Shown: positions 11,087-20,557 of the stretch, in pieces | How positions within the stretch are numbered: position 1 is the first letter of the stretch | How the letters are laid out: each line of letters begins with the position of its first letter | Assembly (NCBI GenBank): GCA_963754875.1 | Contig: CAVWHO010000020.1 | Location: 384,001 to 448,000 of the forward strand | Direction: 5' to 3' | From: Nitrospirota bacterium | GTDB lineage: Bacteria > Nitrospirota > UBA9217 | Length of the DNA stretch: 64,000 bases | Translations under genes and position numbers: made by a program | The notes under the pieces: generated by a model | The model's database searches: none | Seen by the model: only the letters and a program-made list of their open reading frames with translations | What the model was told of the DNA's origin: nothing

Positions 11087-11179
11087 CGTCGATTATATTT
11101 CTTTTTCCACCTGCCTAAATTTCCACATAGGACTGACTACTTCTCCACGTGAGACAAACGTATTTGAATTTACCTATCA

Positions 11180-11260
11180 ACTACCTACTGCTTTATATTC
11201 CTGTCTACTGCCTACTGCCTACTGCATTCCCACCTACCTACTCCATACTACTTGCTGCCT
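11180..11260. repeat. Degenerate heptamer repeats (CTACTGC)
   Basis: CTACTG CCTACTG CCTACTG and variants between yhiI and rbbA. Confidence 0.6.
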
Positions 11261-12333
11261 CACTGCGGCAACTTCACCTGCAGGTGTGCAGGCCATTCTG
11301 CCCTGGGATCGAGCCACACATAGGCCACGCCGGGAAGTCCGGTCTTGACCTGGGTGATATGTTTTTTGAGAAGTTCCATGGGGATTTGCGCCCGAATGCG
11401 AAACATCAGCTTCTCCCGTTCACTGGCCGTCTCCACGGTTTTCGGGGTGAACTGGGCCACGTCGGCAATGAATGACACTTTCGAGGGGATCACGTACTGG
11501 GGTGCGGCGTCAAGCACCAGCCGTACCTCGGTGCCGAGTGCGACCCGTCCCGCCGCGGCCGTGGGCAGGAAAAAGGTCATGTAGACATCGCTCAGGTCAA
11601 CCAGGCACAGCACGCGGCCGCCTGCGCCGACCACCTCGCCGAGCTGGGCAACCTGGTACTGCACCCGTCCGTCGCGGGGTGACTTGAGGGCGCTGTCCCG
11701 TATATCCGCCTGGATGCGCGCGATGGTGGCCCGTGCCGCATCGACCCCCGATTGCGCGCCGATGATCTGCTTGCGTGCCGTGGTAATGGTCGCTTCGGCG
11801 GCGGCCACCTGGGCGCGGGCTGAACTGAGGGCGGCAGTCGCGCTTTGAAGCCGTGTCGTATCGTCGTCGACATCTTGTTGCGCTATCATCTCCTCTGAGA
11901 GAAGCTGTGTTGAACGGGCTAAATGCTTCCGTGCGTTGTCGAGCTCGGCCTCGCGCTGACCGACTAGTGCCAAGGCCGCCTCCTTTTCGCTTTCGCGCTG
12001 AAGGAGCTGGCTCCGCGCCGTCGCAACGGAGCTTTGTGCCTGCCGCAGTTGCGCCTCTGCCTCGTGAAGCTGAGCTTCCAGGACCTCGGTATCCATGAGC
12101 GCAACCACTTGCCCGGCGGAAACGAACTCGCCTTCGCGGACCAGAATATCCTTTATCCGCCCGGGAGACTTTGCCGCGACGTCGATCTCAACAGCCTCGA
12201 TGCGGCCGTTCCCGCTGACAAGACCGTTGGTTCTGTTATTCCGGTCGAATTTTTGCCAGGCAACTCCCCCCAAAACGCCTAGGATCAGCAGAATAACGCC
12301 TCTGATCAACCATTTTTTCTGATGTGCAGTCAT
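11260..12333 (-). CDS. yhiI: HlyD-family membrane fusion protein, YhiI-like
   Basis: SGNGRIEAVEIDVA, AQFTPKTVET..ER.KLMFR, VKTGLPGVAYV. Confidence 0.9.
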   Translation of the reverse strand: MTAHQKKWLIRGVILLILGVLGGVAWQKFDRNNRTNGLVSGNGRIEAVEIDVAAKSPGRIKDILVREGEFVSAGQVVALMDTEVLEAQLHEAEAQLRQAQSSVATARSQLLQRESEKEAALALVGQREAELDNARKHLARSTQLLSEEMIAQQDVDDDTTRLQSATAALSSARAQVAAAEATITTARKQIIGAQSGVDAARATIARIQADIRDSALKSPRDGRVQYQVAQLGEVVGAGGRVLCLVDLSDVYMTFFLPTAAAGRVALGTEVRLVLDAAPQYVIPSKVSFIADVAQFTPKTVETASEREKLMFRIRAQIPMELLKKHITQVKTGLPGVAYVWLDPRAEWPAHLQVKLPQ

Positions 12334-12726
12334 AGTATTCTTCTATCTGTTGCGGCCTGCATGCTTGGACATCATAAGGTTTCGCTAAATATCCATTTAA
12401 AACAATTCCACAGCGAATGTACGAATCACGTAGCACTGGTTCATTTATATGATATTATCACAACATTTTGTACTTTGAGGGAGTATTCATCGTTATGAGA
12501 GCGTTGTTTTTCGTCATGAATTTCGATTGGTTATTTTGGGGTATTTCAGCAATCACGGAATGAATCATGATATGTTTCGAGGATTCACAACTTCAAGTGA
12601 TTCAGACCTTATGATTAAAGTGGCAAGTCTGACTTAAGGTATATTTACGTCAGGACGACTCACGCGTAACGTTTCGATCAGGATCTTTCACGATAAATTT
12701 CAACTCTGGCAGCAACATGTCAGCGT

Positions 12727-13731
12727 TCAAATCGATGTTGACAGGCAAAGCGCTCCGAAATTGTCGGCCCCGTTCTGGCCTTTGAACTCTCGCGAGCGCT
12801 GGACATGCGTATACGTCAGACGATAGGCCCGCCACGTGAAGGCTATCCCCCACTGCACATCGTCCACAAGCGGCTCTTTCTTCACTCTTCTGCTGTCTTG
12901 GTAAGTGTTGCCGTCGAGAAATATGTCTCTCGCCACTGCCCGCCCATCGAATCCTGCGAAAAAATACCACTCAAAATAATGTGTAGGTTCGAGAAAGCCC
13001 GAGCCGGGCAGGCTGGGCTGGATGCGCGGAGGGCCGTAGTCAAGCGGGAGTTTATTCCCGTACCGCAGCATGAGGCCCATGTTGGCATAGGTATAAACGT
13101 TCGCTAGGGCGCCTCCGACGTGCGGCGTTACGTCGAAATCATTACCGATCAGCGTTTTAGCCACGAGGCCGCGCCAACTCTTCTCATAGGTCAGCACGAG
13201 GCCTGGTTCGTCGTGAAGTTGCGTGTCCCAACCTTGGGCCCGTTTTGCATCGACGACGGTATGGACCATTTTTTGGGTTTGTTCTCCGCCGGCAGCTGGA
13301 CCGACAACACCCAGCGTTAGCACGAGGGCGTCCAGTTCTCGCCCCGTCACCACGCCGACCCCTACTGAACCGTACAGCCATCCCGCATAGGGACGTTCGT
13401 TGGAGGGCGGATTCGCCAGGGTCACATTGCTGGGGGTATATAAATTCTGGCCGAACGCGTAGCCATGACGGACTTCGCCGTCCTCAGGGAACCAAGGAAT
13501 CCAATGACCAACCCGCAGGATCCAGTCCGGTGCCGGCTTGTCATTCGGCACCCGGATAACCTCGGTGCCGTTCGTATAATCCCGGTCGGTATGATAAAAG
13601 AGGTTATTTTCTTCAACGATGCTCAGTACGCCAGACGTTGCTTCCTCTGCATAAGCACGATTTCCAGCAATGAAGGCAGAGAGGACGAAGAATGCTAGGG
13701 CCGCTCTTTTAAAGGCTCTTGAATTCTTCAT
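12727..13731 (-). CDS. lpxR: Lipid A deacylase LpxR family outer-membrane protein
   Basis: Signal peptide, EN..F..TDRDYTNG, GQNLYTP, RPYAGWLY, GWDTQL, DIFLDGN. Confidence 0.85.
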   Translation of the reverse strand: MKNSRAFKRAALAFFVLSAFIAGNRAYAEEATSGVLSIVEENNLFYHTDRDYTNGTEVIRVPNDKPAPDWILRVGHWIPWFPEDGEVRHGYAFGQNLYTPSNVTLANPPSNERPYAGWLYGSVGVGVVTGRELDALVLTLGVVGPAAGGEQTQKMVHTVVDAKRAQGWDTQLHDEPGLVLTYEKSWRGLVAKTLIGNDFDVTPHVGGALANVYTYANMGLMLRYGNKLPLDYGPPRIQPSLPGSGFLEPTHYFEWYFFAGFDGRAVARDIFLDGNTYQDSRRVKKEPLVDDVQWGIAFTWRAYRLTYTHVQRSREFKGQNGADNFGALCLSTSI

Positions 13732-13998
13732 GCTCGTATGGTCAAAAAACTCATGCGGTCATCTGGTAGTAATATTGAAGCAGTAAAGACCCTGAGAAAT
13801 TGTCTTTTAGCGTCCCTGGAACAGATGGCGGATCTGTACCGTACCTTTTGTAACAATAAAGAGCATATCGCTGGTTGAGACTCTCGAGTATCCCGTCGTC
13901 GTAGAAGCAGAAGGGCCCCCTGAGACGTTGCGGCCACATCTTGACATTGCCGACAATCTGGATACACTTGAGATATATGTTTTGGACGGGGAGGGGGG

Positions 13999-14997
13999 AT
14001 GTCGCAAGAGGGGGCAGGACGGGTACTGGTTACGGGCGGAACCGGTTTTGTAGGAAGTCATCTTGTTGAACGGCTTCTCCGAAGCGGTTATGCAGTAACC
14101 TGCCTCGTGAGGGATCCTCTTCATTTGCGCTGGCTTGAGGGCCTGGACGTGCGGCTCGCGCACGGTGACTGCACGCGGCCCGAATCGCTTGCCTCCGCCG
14201 TGCAGGGTATCTCAGTCATATTCCATTGCGCCGGACTTACCAAAGCAAGAGATGCTCACGATTATTATCTCGTGAACCACCTCGGCACGAAGAATCTTCT
14301 GGAAGCATGCGTACGATATAATCCCGACATTGAGAAATTTGTACTGGTTTCGAGCCAGGCGGCGGCAGGTCCGAGTTTGGACGGCCGACCGGTCAAAGAT
14401 GGCGACACACCTCATCCGGTGTCTGATTACGGCCGGAGCAAGCTGCTTGCCGAAAACGAAGTGCGCAGTTACAAAGACCGCCTTCCTATTGTGATTCTCC
14501 GGCCGTCGAGCGTCTATGGACCGAGAGATGTGGATATTTACGAACTGTTCCGCTGGGCCAGTCGAGGCCTGACTCTCGAGATGACAGGGGGAAATCGATA
14601 TCTCAACCTGTGCTATGTCGAAGACCTGACCGCGGCGCTTCTTCTGTCAGCCGAACACAGGACGCAGAGCGGCATCGTATATTTTGTCGCGGAGAACAGG
14701 CCCTATTCGCGGTCGGAATTCAGGAATCTGCTGCTCGCCACGGGTGGTGTGAAGTCGCGCATGATAAAAATTCCCTACGGGGCGGCTTACTTGATCGGCC
14801 TCGCTTCCGAAATCGGAAGCCTGTTCACAAAAAGGCCGGCGCTTGCGAACAGACAAAAAATCCGGGAAGCCGCACAGAGATATTGGCTTTGCGACGTCGG
14901 CAAGATCGAGAATGACCTCCGCTTTCGGGCGGAGTATCCCCTGCAGAAAGGGCTGGAACTCACATGGCAATGGTACAGAAAAAACAAATGGCTGTAG
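13999..14997 (+). CDS. NAD-dependent epimerase/dehydratase (extended SDR); candidate ceramide/ketosphingolipid reductase
   Basis: TGGTGFVG and YGRSK motifs; overlaps the start of the SPT gene. Confidence 0.8.
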   Translation: MSQEGAGRVLVTGGTGFVGSHLVERLLRSGYAVTCLVRDPLHLRWLEGLDVRLAHGDCTRPESLASAVQGISVIFHCAGLTKARDAHDYYLVNHLGTKNLLEACVRYNPDIEKFVLVSSQAAAGPSLDGRPVKDGDTPHPVSDYGRSKLLAENEVRSYKDRLPIVILRPSSVYGPRDVDIYELFRWASRGLTLEMTGGNRYLNLCYVEDLTAALLLSAEHRTQSGIVYFVAENRPYSRSEFRNLLLATGGVKSRMIKIPYGAAYLIGLASEIGSLFTKRPALANRQKIREAAQRYWLCDVGKIENDLRFRAEYPLQKGLELTWQWYRKNKWL

Positions 14998-16220
14998 TGC
15001 CGGAACCGGTACCGCTGAGGGATCTTGAGGCGAGAACGCCGGATTTGTTCGAAAAATGTCGGAAGTTTACAACTGCGAAAGAGGTTATGGCCGCCGGGCT
15101 GTATCCCTATTTTCACGTCGTGGAATCGGAGCAGAGCCCAGAGGTGATCGTCGAGGGTAAGAAGATGATCATGCTCGGCTCGAACAATTATCTCGGGCTT
15201 ACGAGCCATCCGAAGGTGAAGGAAGCTGCCATCGAAGCCGTGAAGAGATACGGCAGCGGCTGCGCGGGTTCACGCTTCCTGAACGGAACCCTCGACATCC
15301 ATGTGAAACTTGAGGAAAATCTCGCTTCGTTCTTTCACAAGGACGCGGCGCTCACCTTTTCTACGGGATATCAAACCAACCTCGGGATCATATCCGCCCT
15401 CGCCGGCAAGGACGACGTAGTCGTGATCGACAAACTCGACCACGCAAGCATAGTAGACGCGTGCAGGTTGTCTTTCGCCGAGGTAAAAAAGTTCAAGCAC
15501 AACGATATGGACAGCCTCGAATATATCCTTAAGGAAAGCGGGAACCGCGGCAAACTCGTGGTCGTGGATGGCGTGTACAGCATGGAGGGGGACATCGCAC
15601 CTCTCCCTGACATCATCAAGGTCTGCAGGAAATACGGGGCGCGGCTCATGGTGGACGACGCCCACGGCATCGGCGTTCTGGGTGGGACCGGCAGAGGGAC
15701 CGCCGAACACTTCGGTGTCGAGAAGGAAGTGGACGTGATCATGGGCACGTACAGCAAATCCTTGGCGTCCATCGGCGGATTCGTCGCAGCCGACGAGGAC
15801 GTGATCCATTACGTGAAGCACACCTCCCGTCCGCTCATTTTCTCCGCAAGCCCTCCGCCTGCCTCGGTGGCGGCGGTTATCGCAGCGCTGGATATCATTG
15901 ACCGGGAACCGGAACGAAGGGAGCGGCTATGGCACAATACGCGCAAGATGATGGAGGCGTTCAAACAGATGGGCTACGACACGGGCGTCGCCGAGACGCC
16001 GATCATCCCGCTTGTCATAGGTGAGATGGAGCGGACGTTCCTGATGTGGAAGACCCTGTACGATGACGGGGTATTCGTGAATCCCGTGGTCCCACCGGCC
16101 ACGCCGCCGGGCCGCTGCCTCATCCGCACAAGCTATATGGCAACCCATACCGATGAAATGCTTGACCGGGTGCTCGGCGTGATCGAGAAAGCCGGAAGAA
16201 AAATCGGCGTGATCTCGTAG
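14964..16220 (+). CDS. spt: PLP alpha-oxoamine synthase, probable serine palmitoyltransferase
   Basis: [41 protein letters not shown] (SPT-like SKS lysine motif). Confidence 0.75.
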   Translation: MAMVQKKQMAVVPEPVPLRDLEARTPDLFEKCRKFTTAKEVMAAGLYPYFHVVESEQSPEVIVEGKKMIMLGSNNYLGLTSHPKVKEAAIEAVKRYGSGCAGSRFLNGTLDIHVKLEENLASFFHKDAALTFSTGYQTNLGIISALAGKDDVVVIDKLDHASIVDACRLSFAEVKKFKHNDMDSLEYILKESGNRGKLVVVDGVYSMEGDIAPLPDIIKVCRKYGARLMVDDAHGIGVLGGTGRGTAEHFGVEKEVDVIMGTYSKSLASIGGFVAADEDVIHYVKHTSRPLIFSASPPPASVAAVIAALDIIDREPERRERLWHNTRKMMEAFKQMGYDTGVAETPIIPLVIGEMERTFLMWKTLYDDGVFVNPVVPPATPPGRCLIRTSYMATHTDEMLDRVLGVIEKAGRKIGVIS

Positions 16221-16240
16221 TCGATTAGGGGGGGGAGATC

Positions 16241-17353
16241 ATGAACATCGAACAGGTCAACGATGCGGGCGGCAAGAATGAATTCATCCAGTTCCCGTGG
16301 AAAGTGTACCAGGGAAACCCCAACTGGGTCCCGCCGCTCGTAAGCGAAGTAAAATTCGTCCTGAGCGAAAAGAACCCCTTTTTTCAACACGCCGAAGCCG
16401 CATATTTCCTTGCGCGCAAAAACGAAGAAACGGTCGGCAGGATTGCGGCGATCATCGATCGCAATCATATCAACATCCACAACGAGCAGGCTGGATTTTT
16501 CGGCTTCTTCGAATGCCTGCCCGACATCGCAGTCGCCCAAGGGCTTTTAGATACGGCATCGGGATGGCTCAAGAAGCGGAACATCTCGATCATGCGCGGA
16601 CCCATGAACCCGTCGACGAACGATGAGTGTGGGTTTCTTCTTGAGGGGTTCGATTCGCCCCCCATGATCATGATGACGTACACGCCGCCGTATTACCTTG
16701 ATTACATGGCACAGTGCGGCCTCGTCAAGGCCAAGGACCTCTTTGCCTATATATCCGTCATCAAAAACGTCTCCGCGGCGCCGAGGCTTGAAAAGCTGGC
16801 ATCAGCCGTCAAAGCGCGCGTCCCCGGGCTCGTCGTGCGTCCGGCCGATATGAAGCATTTTCGTAAAGAGCTGGAAGCGGTAAAGGACATCTATAATTGC
16901 GCGTGGAGCCGCAACTGGGGTTTCGTTCCCATGACGGATGAGGAAATAGATTCCATGGCGAAAAGATTGAAGCCGCTCATCGTGCCGGAACTGCTCATCA
17001 TGGCCGAGGTAGACGGCAGTCCCGCTGGATTCTTCATGGCTGTGCCCGACTATAACCAAGTCCTGAGCAGGATCAACGGCAGGCTCGGCCCTCTCGAACT
17101 CGTCAAATTCCTCTGGTATTCGAGAAGGATATCGGATATACGCGTGTTGACCATGGGCGTCAAGGAAGAGTTTCGAAAAAAAGGCATCGAGGGACTGCTC
17201 TATCTTGAGTCGTTCAAAGCGGCCATGTGCAGGGGCTACGAGCGGGCCGAGATGTCCTGGGTACTGGAGGACAACGCCCCGATGCGCAATGGGTGTGAGC
17301 TGATGGGCGGGAGGCTGTACAAGAAATACCGGATCTACGAGAAGGGGATTTGA
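16241..17353 (+). CDS. GNAT-fold acyltransferase, bacterial ceramide synthase (bCerS)-like
   Basis: FPW.VY..NPNWVPPL, GRIAA, GFFGFFEC, NWGFVPMT, EMSWVLEDN; directly after spt. Confidence 0.7.
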   Translation: MNIEQVNDAGGKNEFIQFPWKVYQGNPNWVPPLVSEVKFVLSEKNPFFQHAEAAYFLARKNEETVGRIAAIIDRNHINIHNEQAGFFGFFECLPDIAVAQGLLDTASGWLKKRNISIMRGPMNPSTNDECGFLLEGFDSPPMIMMTYTPPYYLDYMAQCGLVKAKDLFAYISVIKNVSAAPRLEKLASAVKARVPGLVVRPADMKHFRKELEAVKDIYNCAWSRNWGFVPMTDEEIDSMAKRLKPLIVPELLIMAEVDGSPAGFFMAVPDYNQVLSRINGRLGPLELVKFLWYSRRISDIRVLTMGVKEEFRKKGIEGLLYLESFKAAMCRGYERAEMSWVLEDNAPMRNGCELMGGRLYKKYRIYEKGI

Positions 17354-17420
17354 CGTTTATCCGCCTCCTTGGAGACGCGCGTGCGTCTCTCGCGTGCGTT
17401 TATCATTTTTGCCGAATGCA

Positions 17421-18323
17421 TCAGCTGACCTGCTGGACCCCGCCGCCCGTTTTCCGGGCTACGCGTGAGAGCGCCGCGAACAGTATCGGCGCCAGATAAA
17501 CGGTCAGGATCGTCAGGGCGATTCCCGCGATGACATCGATAACGTAATGATACCGGAGATACACGGTCGAGATGAGCAGTCCCGTTACCACCGGGATCAA
17601 GCCAGCAAAAAGTCTTTTCTCCTTTTTACTCCATGCATAATAGAGGCTCATAAGCGAGACGGCTGTATGGCCGCTCGGGAAGGCATCGGTCTTATTTTTT
17701 TCGAGACTGTTCAGGACATCCTGAATCTTTTCGATGAACGGGGAAACCTGCAGTCCTTCGGTCTGGAGATGGCCGAGCGTAAAACGCGGCCCGATTGCGG
17801 GAACGAGCAGGTAGCCGACGTAGGAGAGATAGAAGCAGAGCAGGATGCCGAACAGGGCCTCTTCGAATTCCTCGAACCTGCCCCTGGCAATGAGTGCGAC
17901 GCCGAGCGAGAGGGGGATGAAATAATAACTGATGTAGGCGAACTGGAGGAGGGCCGAAAGAGTCGGGCTGATCAGCCGTTCGAGCCATACCGTGGGGTGA
18001 ACGCCGAAGAGCGCATGATCGACGGAGATGAGGCTGGCGTCGAATGTCGTCGTGTGAATGCCGGCGATGAGGGCCCCCAGGCTGTTAAATATAGAGAGAA
18101 CCGTGATCACCGTAACGACAACCGAAAGGTAGAAACCCTTCTTTGCCGAGTCTACCCTCGTTCGGTACGCGGCAACCGCCAAGATCGCAATTGCCAGCAC
18201 TGTGTACGTAGCGAGAAGTCCGGCCCACGACGGGTTCATACGCGCGGAAAATACCGTAAGGCCGGAGAGAAGGACAAGAAAAGAAAGCGTTAGCAGATCA
18301 GAGGGTCTCAAGACAGGGCGCAT
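17421..18323 (-). CDS. PAP2 superfamily membrane phosphotransferase/phosphatase, AUR1/IPT1-like
   Basis: Multi-TM protein with PAIGPR, AFPSGH and HYVIDVIAG motifs. Confidence 0.8.
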   Translation of the reverse strand: MRPVLRPSDLLTLSFLVLLSGLTVFSARMNPSWAGLLATYTVLAIAILAVAAYRTRVDSAKKGFYLSVVVTVITVLSIFNSLGALIAGIHTTTFDASLISVDHALFGVHPTVWLERLISPTLSALLQFAYISYYFIPLSLGVALIARGRFEEFEEALFGILLCFYLSYVGYLLVPAIGPRFTLGHLQTEGLQVSPFIEKIQDVLNSLEKNKTDAFPSGHTAVSLMSLYYAWSKKEKRLFAGLIPVVTGLLISTVYLRYHYVIDVIAGIALTILTVYLAPILFAALSRVARKTGGGVQQVS

Positions 18324-18597
18324 AGCGATATATACACTACCTGAGGCGAAATTGCAATCTCAACATCGATCCCTGCCGAATGGGTTATATATGGGTAGAA
18401 GCTAACGAATACATGTGAAACATTATGTGTTGCTAAGAATGGCGACGACAAGAACTACAGGATGCACAGTTAACTGTAAACTTCAAATGGCATTCGCCAC
18501 TTCATCTATGATCGACTGCTCCGCGATGACACCTACAAGCTTTGGAGTTTCGCTATATGGAAACTTCAACGAATACCGGTAGAAGCTTGCATATGCA

Positions 18598-18655
18598 GCC
18601 CTGCCCCGGCAGACCGGATTTACGGTCACCGTTTCTGCCGGGGCAAGGCGTGACA
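18598..18655. terminator. GC-rich hairpin
   Basis: GCCCTGCCCCGGCAGA...TCTGCCGGGGCAAGGC just past the gene remnant ending at 18693. Confidence 0.45.
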
Positions 18656-18692
18656 AAGCTCAATCAGTCAACATTTCGTTATTTACAGCCTT

Positions 18693-19333
18693 CTAATGCC
18701 CTTCCGATATAACCCGTATAACATCCACTCCCTCAAACGGCGTTGACCCTATCATGCCGCTTACATGGACCGGGACGTGGTCTCCTGTCGGCAGCACCGC
18801 AATAACATCGCTCCGTTTAAATTTCACCGTAAGCTGAGAGTGATTGTGACCGGCGTGGTCGCGGTCACAGCCGTGCTCGAGGTAATGGTCTTTTATTTCG
18901 TACGGCCACAGGCTTGGAGGGCGAGGGCGGTGTCGAGGATGTAGCTATTGGGGCAATCATCAGCGCCTCCGAACCCACCGTCTGAATTGCGGTAGAGGAG
19001 CAAACTCGCTACATAACCTGAGGTATCCTGCCCTGCGCGTTTGAGCGCAATGATCTGACGTGAAATATAATCCGTTGGAGAAACGATCTGGCTGCTCAGC
19101 CACTGGAAGGCCGGCCCGTAAGCCGGGTTTGAGGGATCAACTGAATAGATAGCGTCCAGCGCCGCCGCAGTAGAATAATAATCTGTGGTCACAACTTCCG
19201 GCCAGTTGCTGGATGTGGTTTGAGCGGAGTAGAGCCATGAGAGTCCATTGGAAATTTGCGGAGATTGCGCGAAGACGGATGAATTCAACGCCAACAAAAG
19301 AATAACAACAAAGCCATATACTCTTTTCCGCAT
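18693..19333 (-). pseudogene. Deletion remnant: N-terminus of a large exported prenyltransferase/squalene-oxidase-repeat protein joined out of frame to a C-terminal fragment
   Basis: Signal peptide plus YRNSDGGFG...LDTALALQA ending abruptly; another frame gives LTVKFKRSDVIAVLPTGDHV...FEGVDVIRVI to TAG at 18693-18695. Confidence 0.65.
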
Positions 19334-19475
19334 GGTCCCTCCCGAAAGGCACATGTAACCACAGATTGATTCAGGAACTACGAATACAAATGATCATCTC
19401 ATCGTCAATTCGATACTTTGAAGGATGAAAGAAAGTATTTTTGTACCATCACAAAACTCCGCTATCACGTCATGA

Positions 19476-20459
19476 TTATTTACGAAGCATAAAACTTCGA
19501 TTAAAAAAACGAACAAACCGTTTTGCAATTTTAATTGAATCTGTTTCGTATAACTCCATTGTCATTTCAATATCTGGATTTATTTTTTTTATTATTTCGG
19601 CGATTTCTGTTATCTGAGCAATATAATCATCTAAGGTTGAAAACACTATTTCGTAAATATCGTTATTACCAGTTTTAATGATTAGAAAAGGGCGTATACT
19701 TTTCATGAATTCTTTCATCTTGCCTTCAACCGCCTTAATTTCTGAGAGAGGGATAACATCTCTTTCCCGCCAGCTTTTGGGGAAACGAATATGAAATATT
19801 AAATAATCAAGAATAATTACATTCGAAGTGGTAATTACGAAATGCTTTCTTGCAACTCTTTCACCATTCTTTAATTTTTGGAAAGATGACGTTAGCTTCT
19901 TATGAAAGAGTATTTCTTCATCAATTGCTAAACTCAATAAAGGCATTAACTGGTCTGGTATCTTGTCTCCTCTTACAATTGCTGAGGCATGATTTGTTGA
20001 TGGACCAAGAAGATCGCCTTTCTTGTATGAGCAATTTGAGCAGGTTTCAACCAGTTGAATATTGTAAAAATGACAAGACGGACACTCAATAAAATATTGG
20101 CCTTTTGCCAGACCAATTACCATTTTCTCAAACAGAATATGTATCAGTAGGTCTACAACCACAAACGTTGCCAAAACTATGAAATAATAATATGGCTTTG
20201 CAGTTTGCATAAATATCGGACCGTTAGTGGCGTCCAAATACATAGAAACAATAAAGGCCGGTAGAAAAATAAAAATATATTTTTTTTCTACTCCCAAAGC
20301 CTTTAGGAAACAGTAGCTCATATATATCAGGAAAAACCTGTAACTGCCGACGCCTGAAATAAGAAAGAGAATCCCAGTTACAACACCAGACATGTTTACA
20401 ACAAAATCACGATACTGACTTGAAAACCGTTTAATCTTCACCTTTATAACTTCCTCCAA
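19476..20459 (-). CDS. AT-rich membrane protein with zinc ribbon (candidate immunity/accessory protein)
   Basis: N-terminal TM helices, CPSC...CSNC; start codon uncertain. Confidence 0.7.
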   Translation of the reverse strand: MEEVIKVKIKRFSSQYRDFVVNMSGVVTGILFLISGVGSYRFFLIYMSYCFLKALGVEKKYIFIFLPAFIVSMYLDATNGPIFMQTAKPYYYFIVLATFVVVDLLIHILFEKMVIGLAKGQYFIECPSCHFYNIQLVETCSNCSYKKGDLLGPSTNHASAIVRGDKIPDQLMPLLSLAIDEEILFHKKLTSSFQKLKNGERVARKHFVITTSNVIILDYLIFHIRFPKSWRERDVIPLSEIKAVEGKMKEFMKSIRPFLIIKTGNNDIYEIVFSTLDDYIAQITEIAEIIKKINPDIEMTMELYETDSIKIAKRFVRFFNRSFMLRK

Positions 20460-20557
20460 TCAGGCCTTCACATTCCCGCATGAAACTTCTCCAAGTTTGC
20501 AGCGACTGGAAATCGGTAGCAATAAAGAGACGTGGATCAGAATAAAATGCTTATAGT

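Noticed and set aside
14964..16220. bioF or kbl assignment
   Set aside because: No biotin or threonine dehydrogenase genes nearby; the SKS motif and GNAT/SDR neighbours favour SPT, though this is not proven
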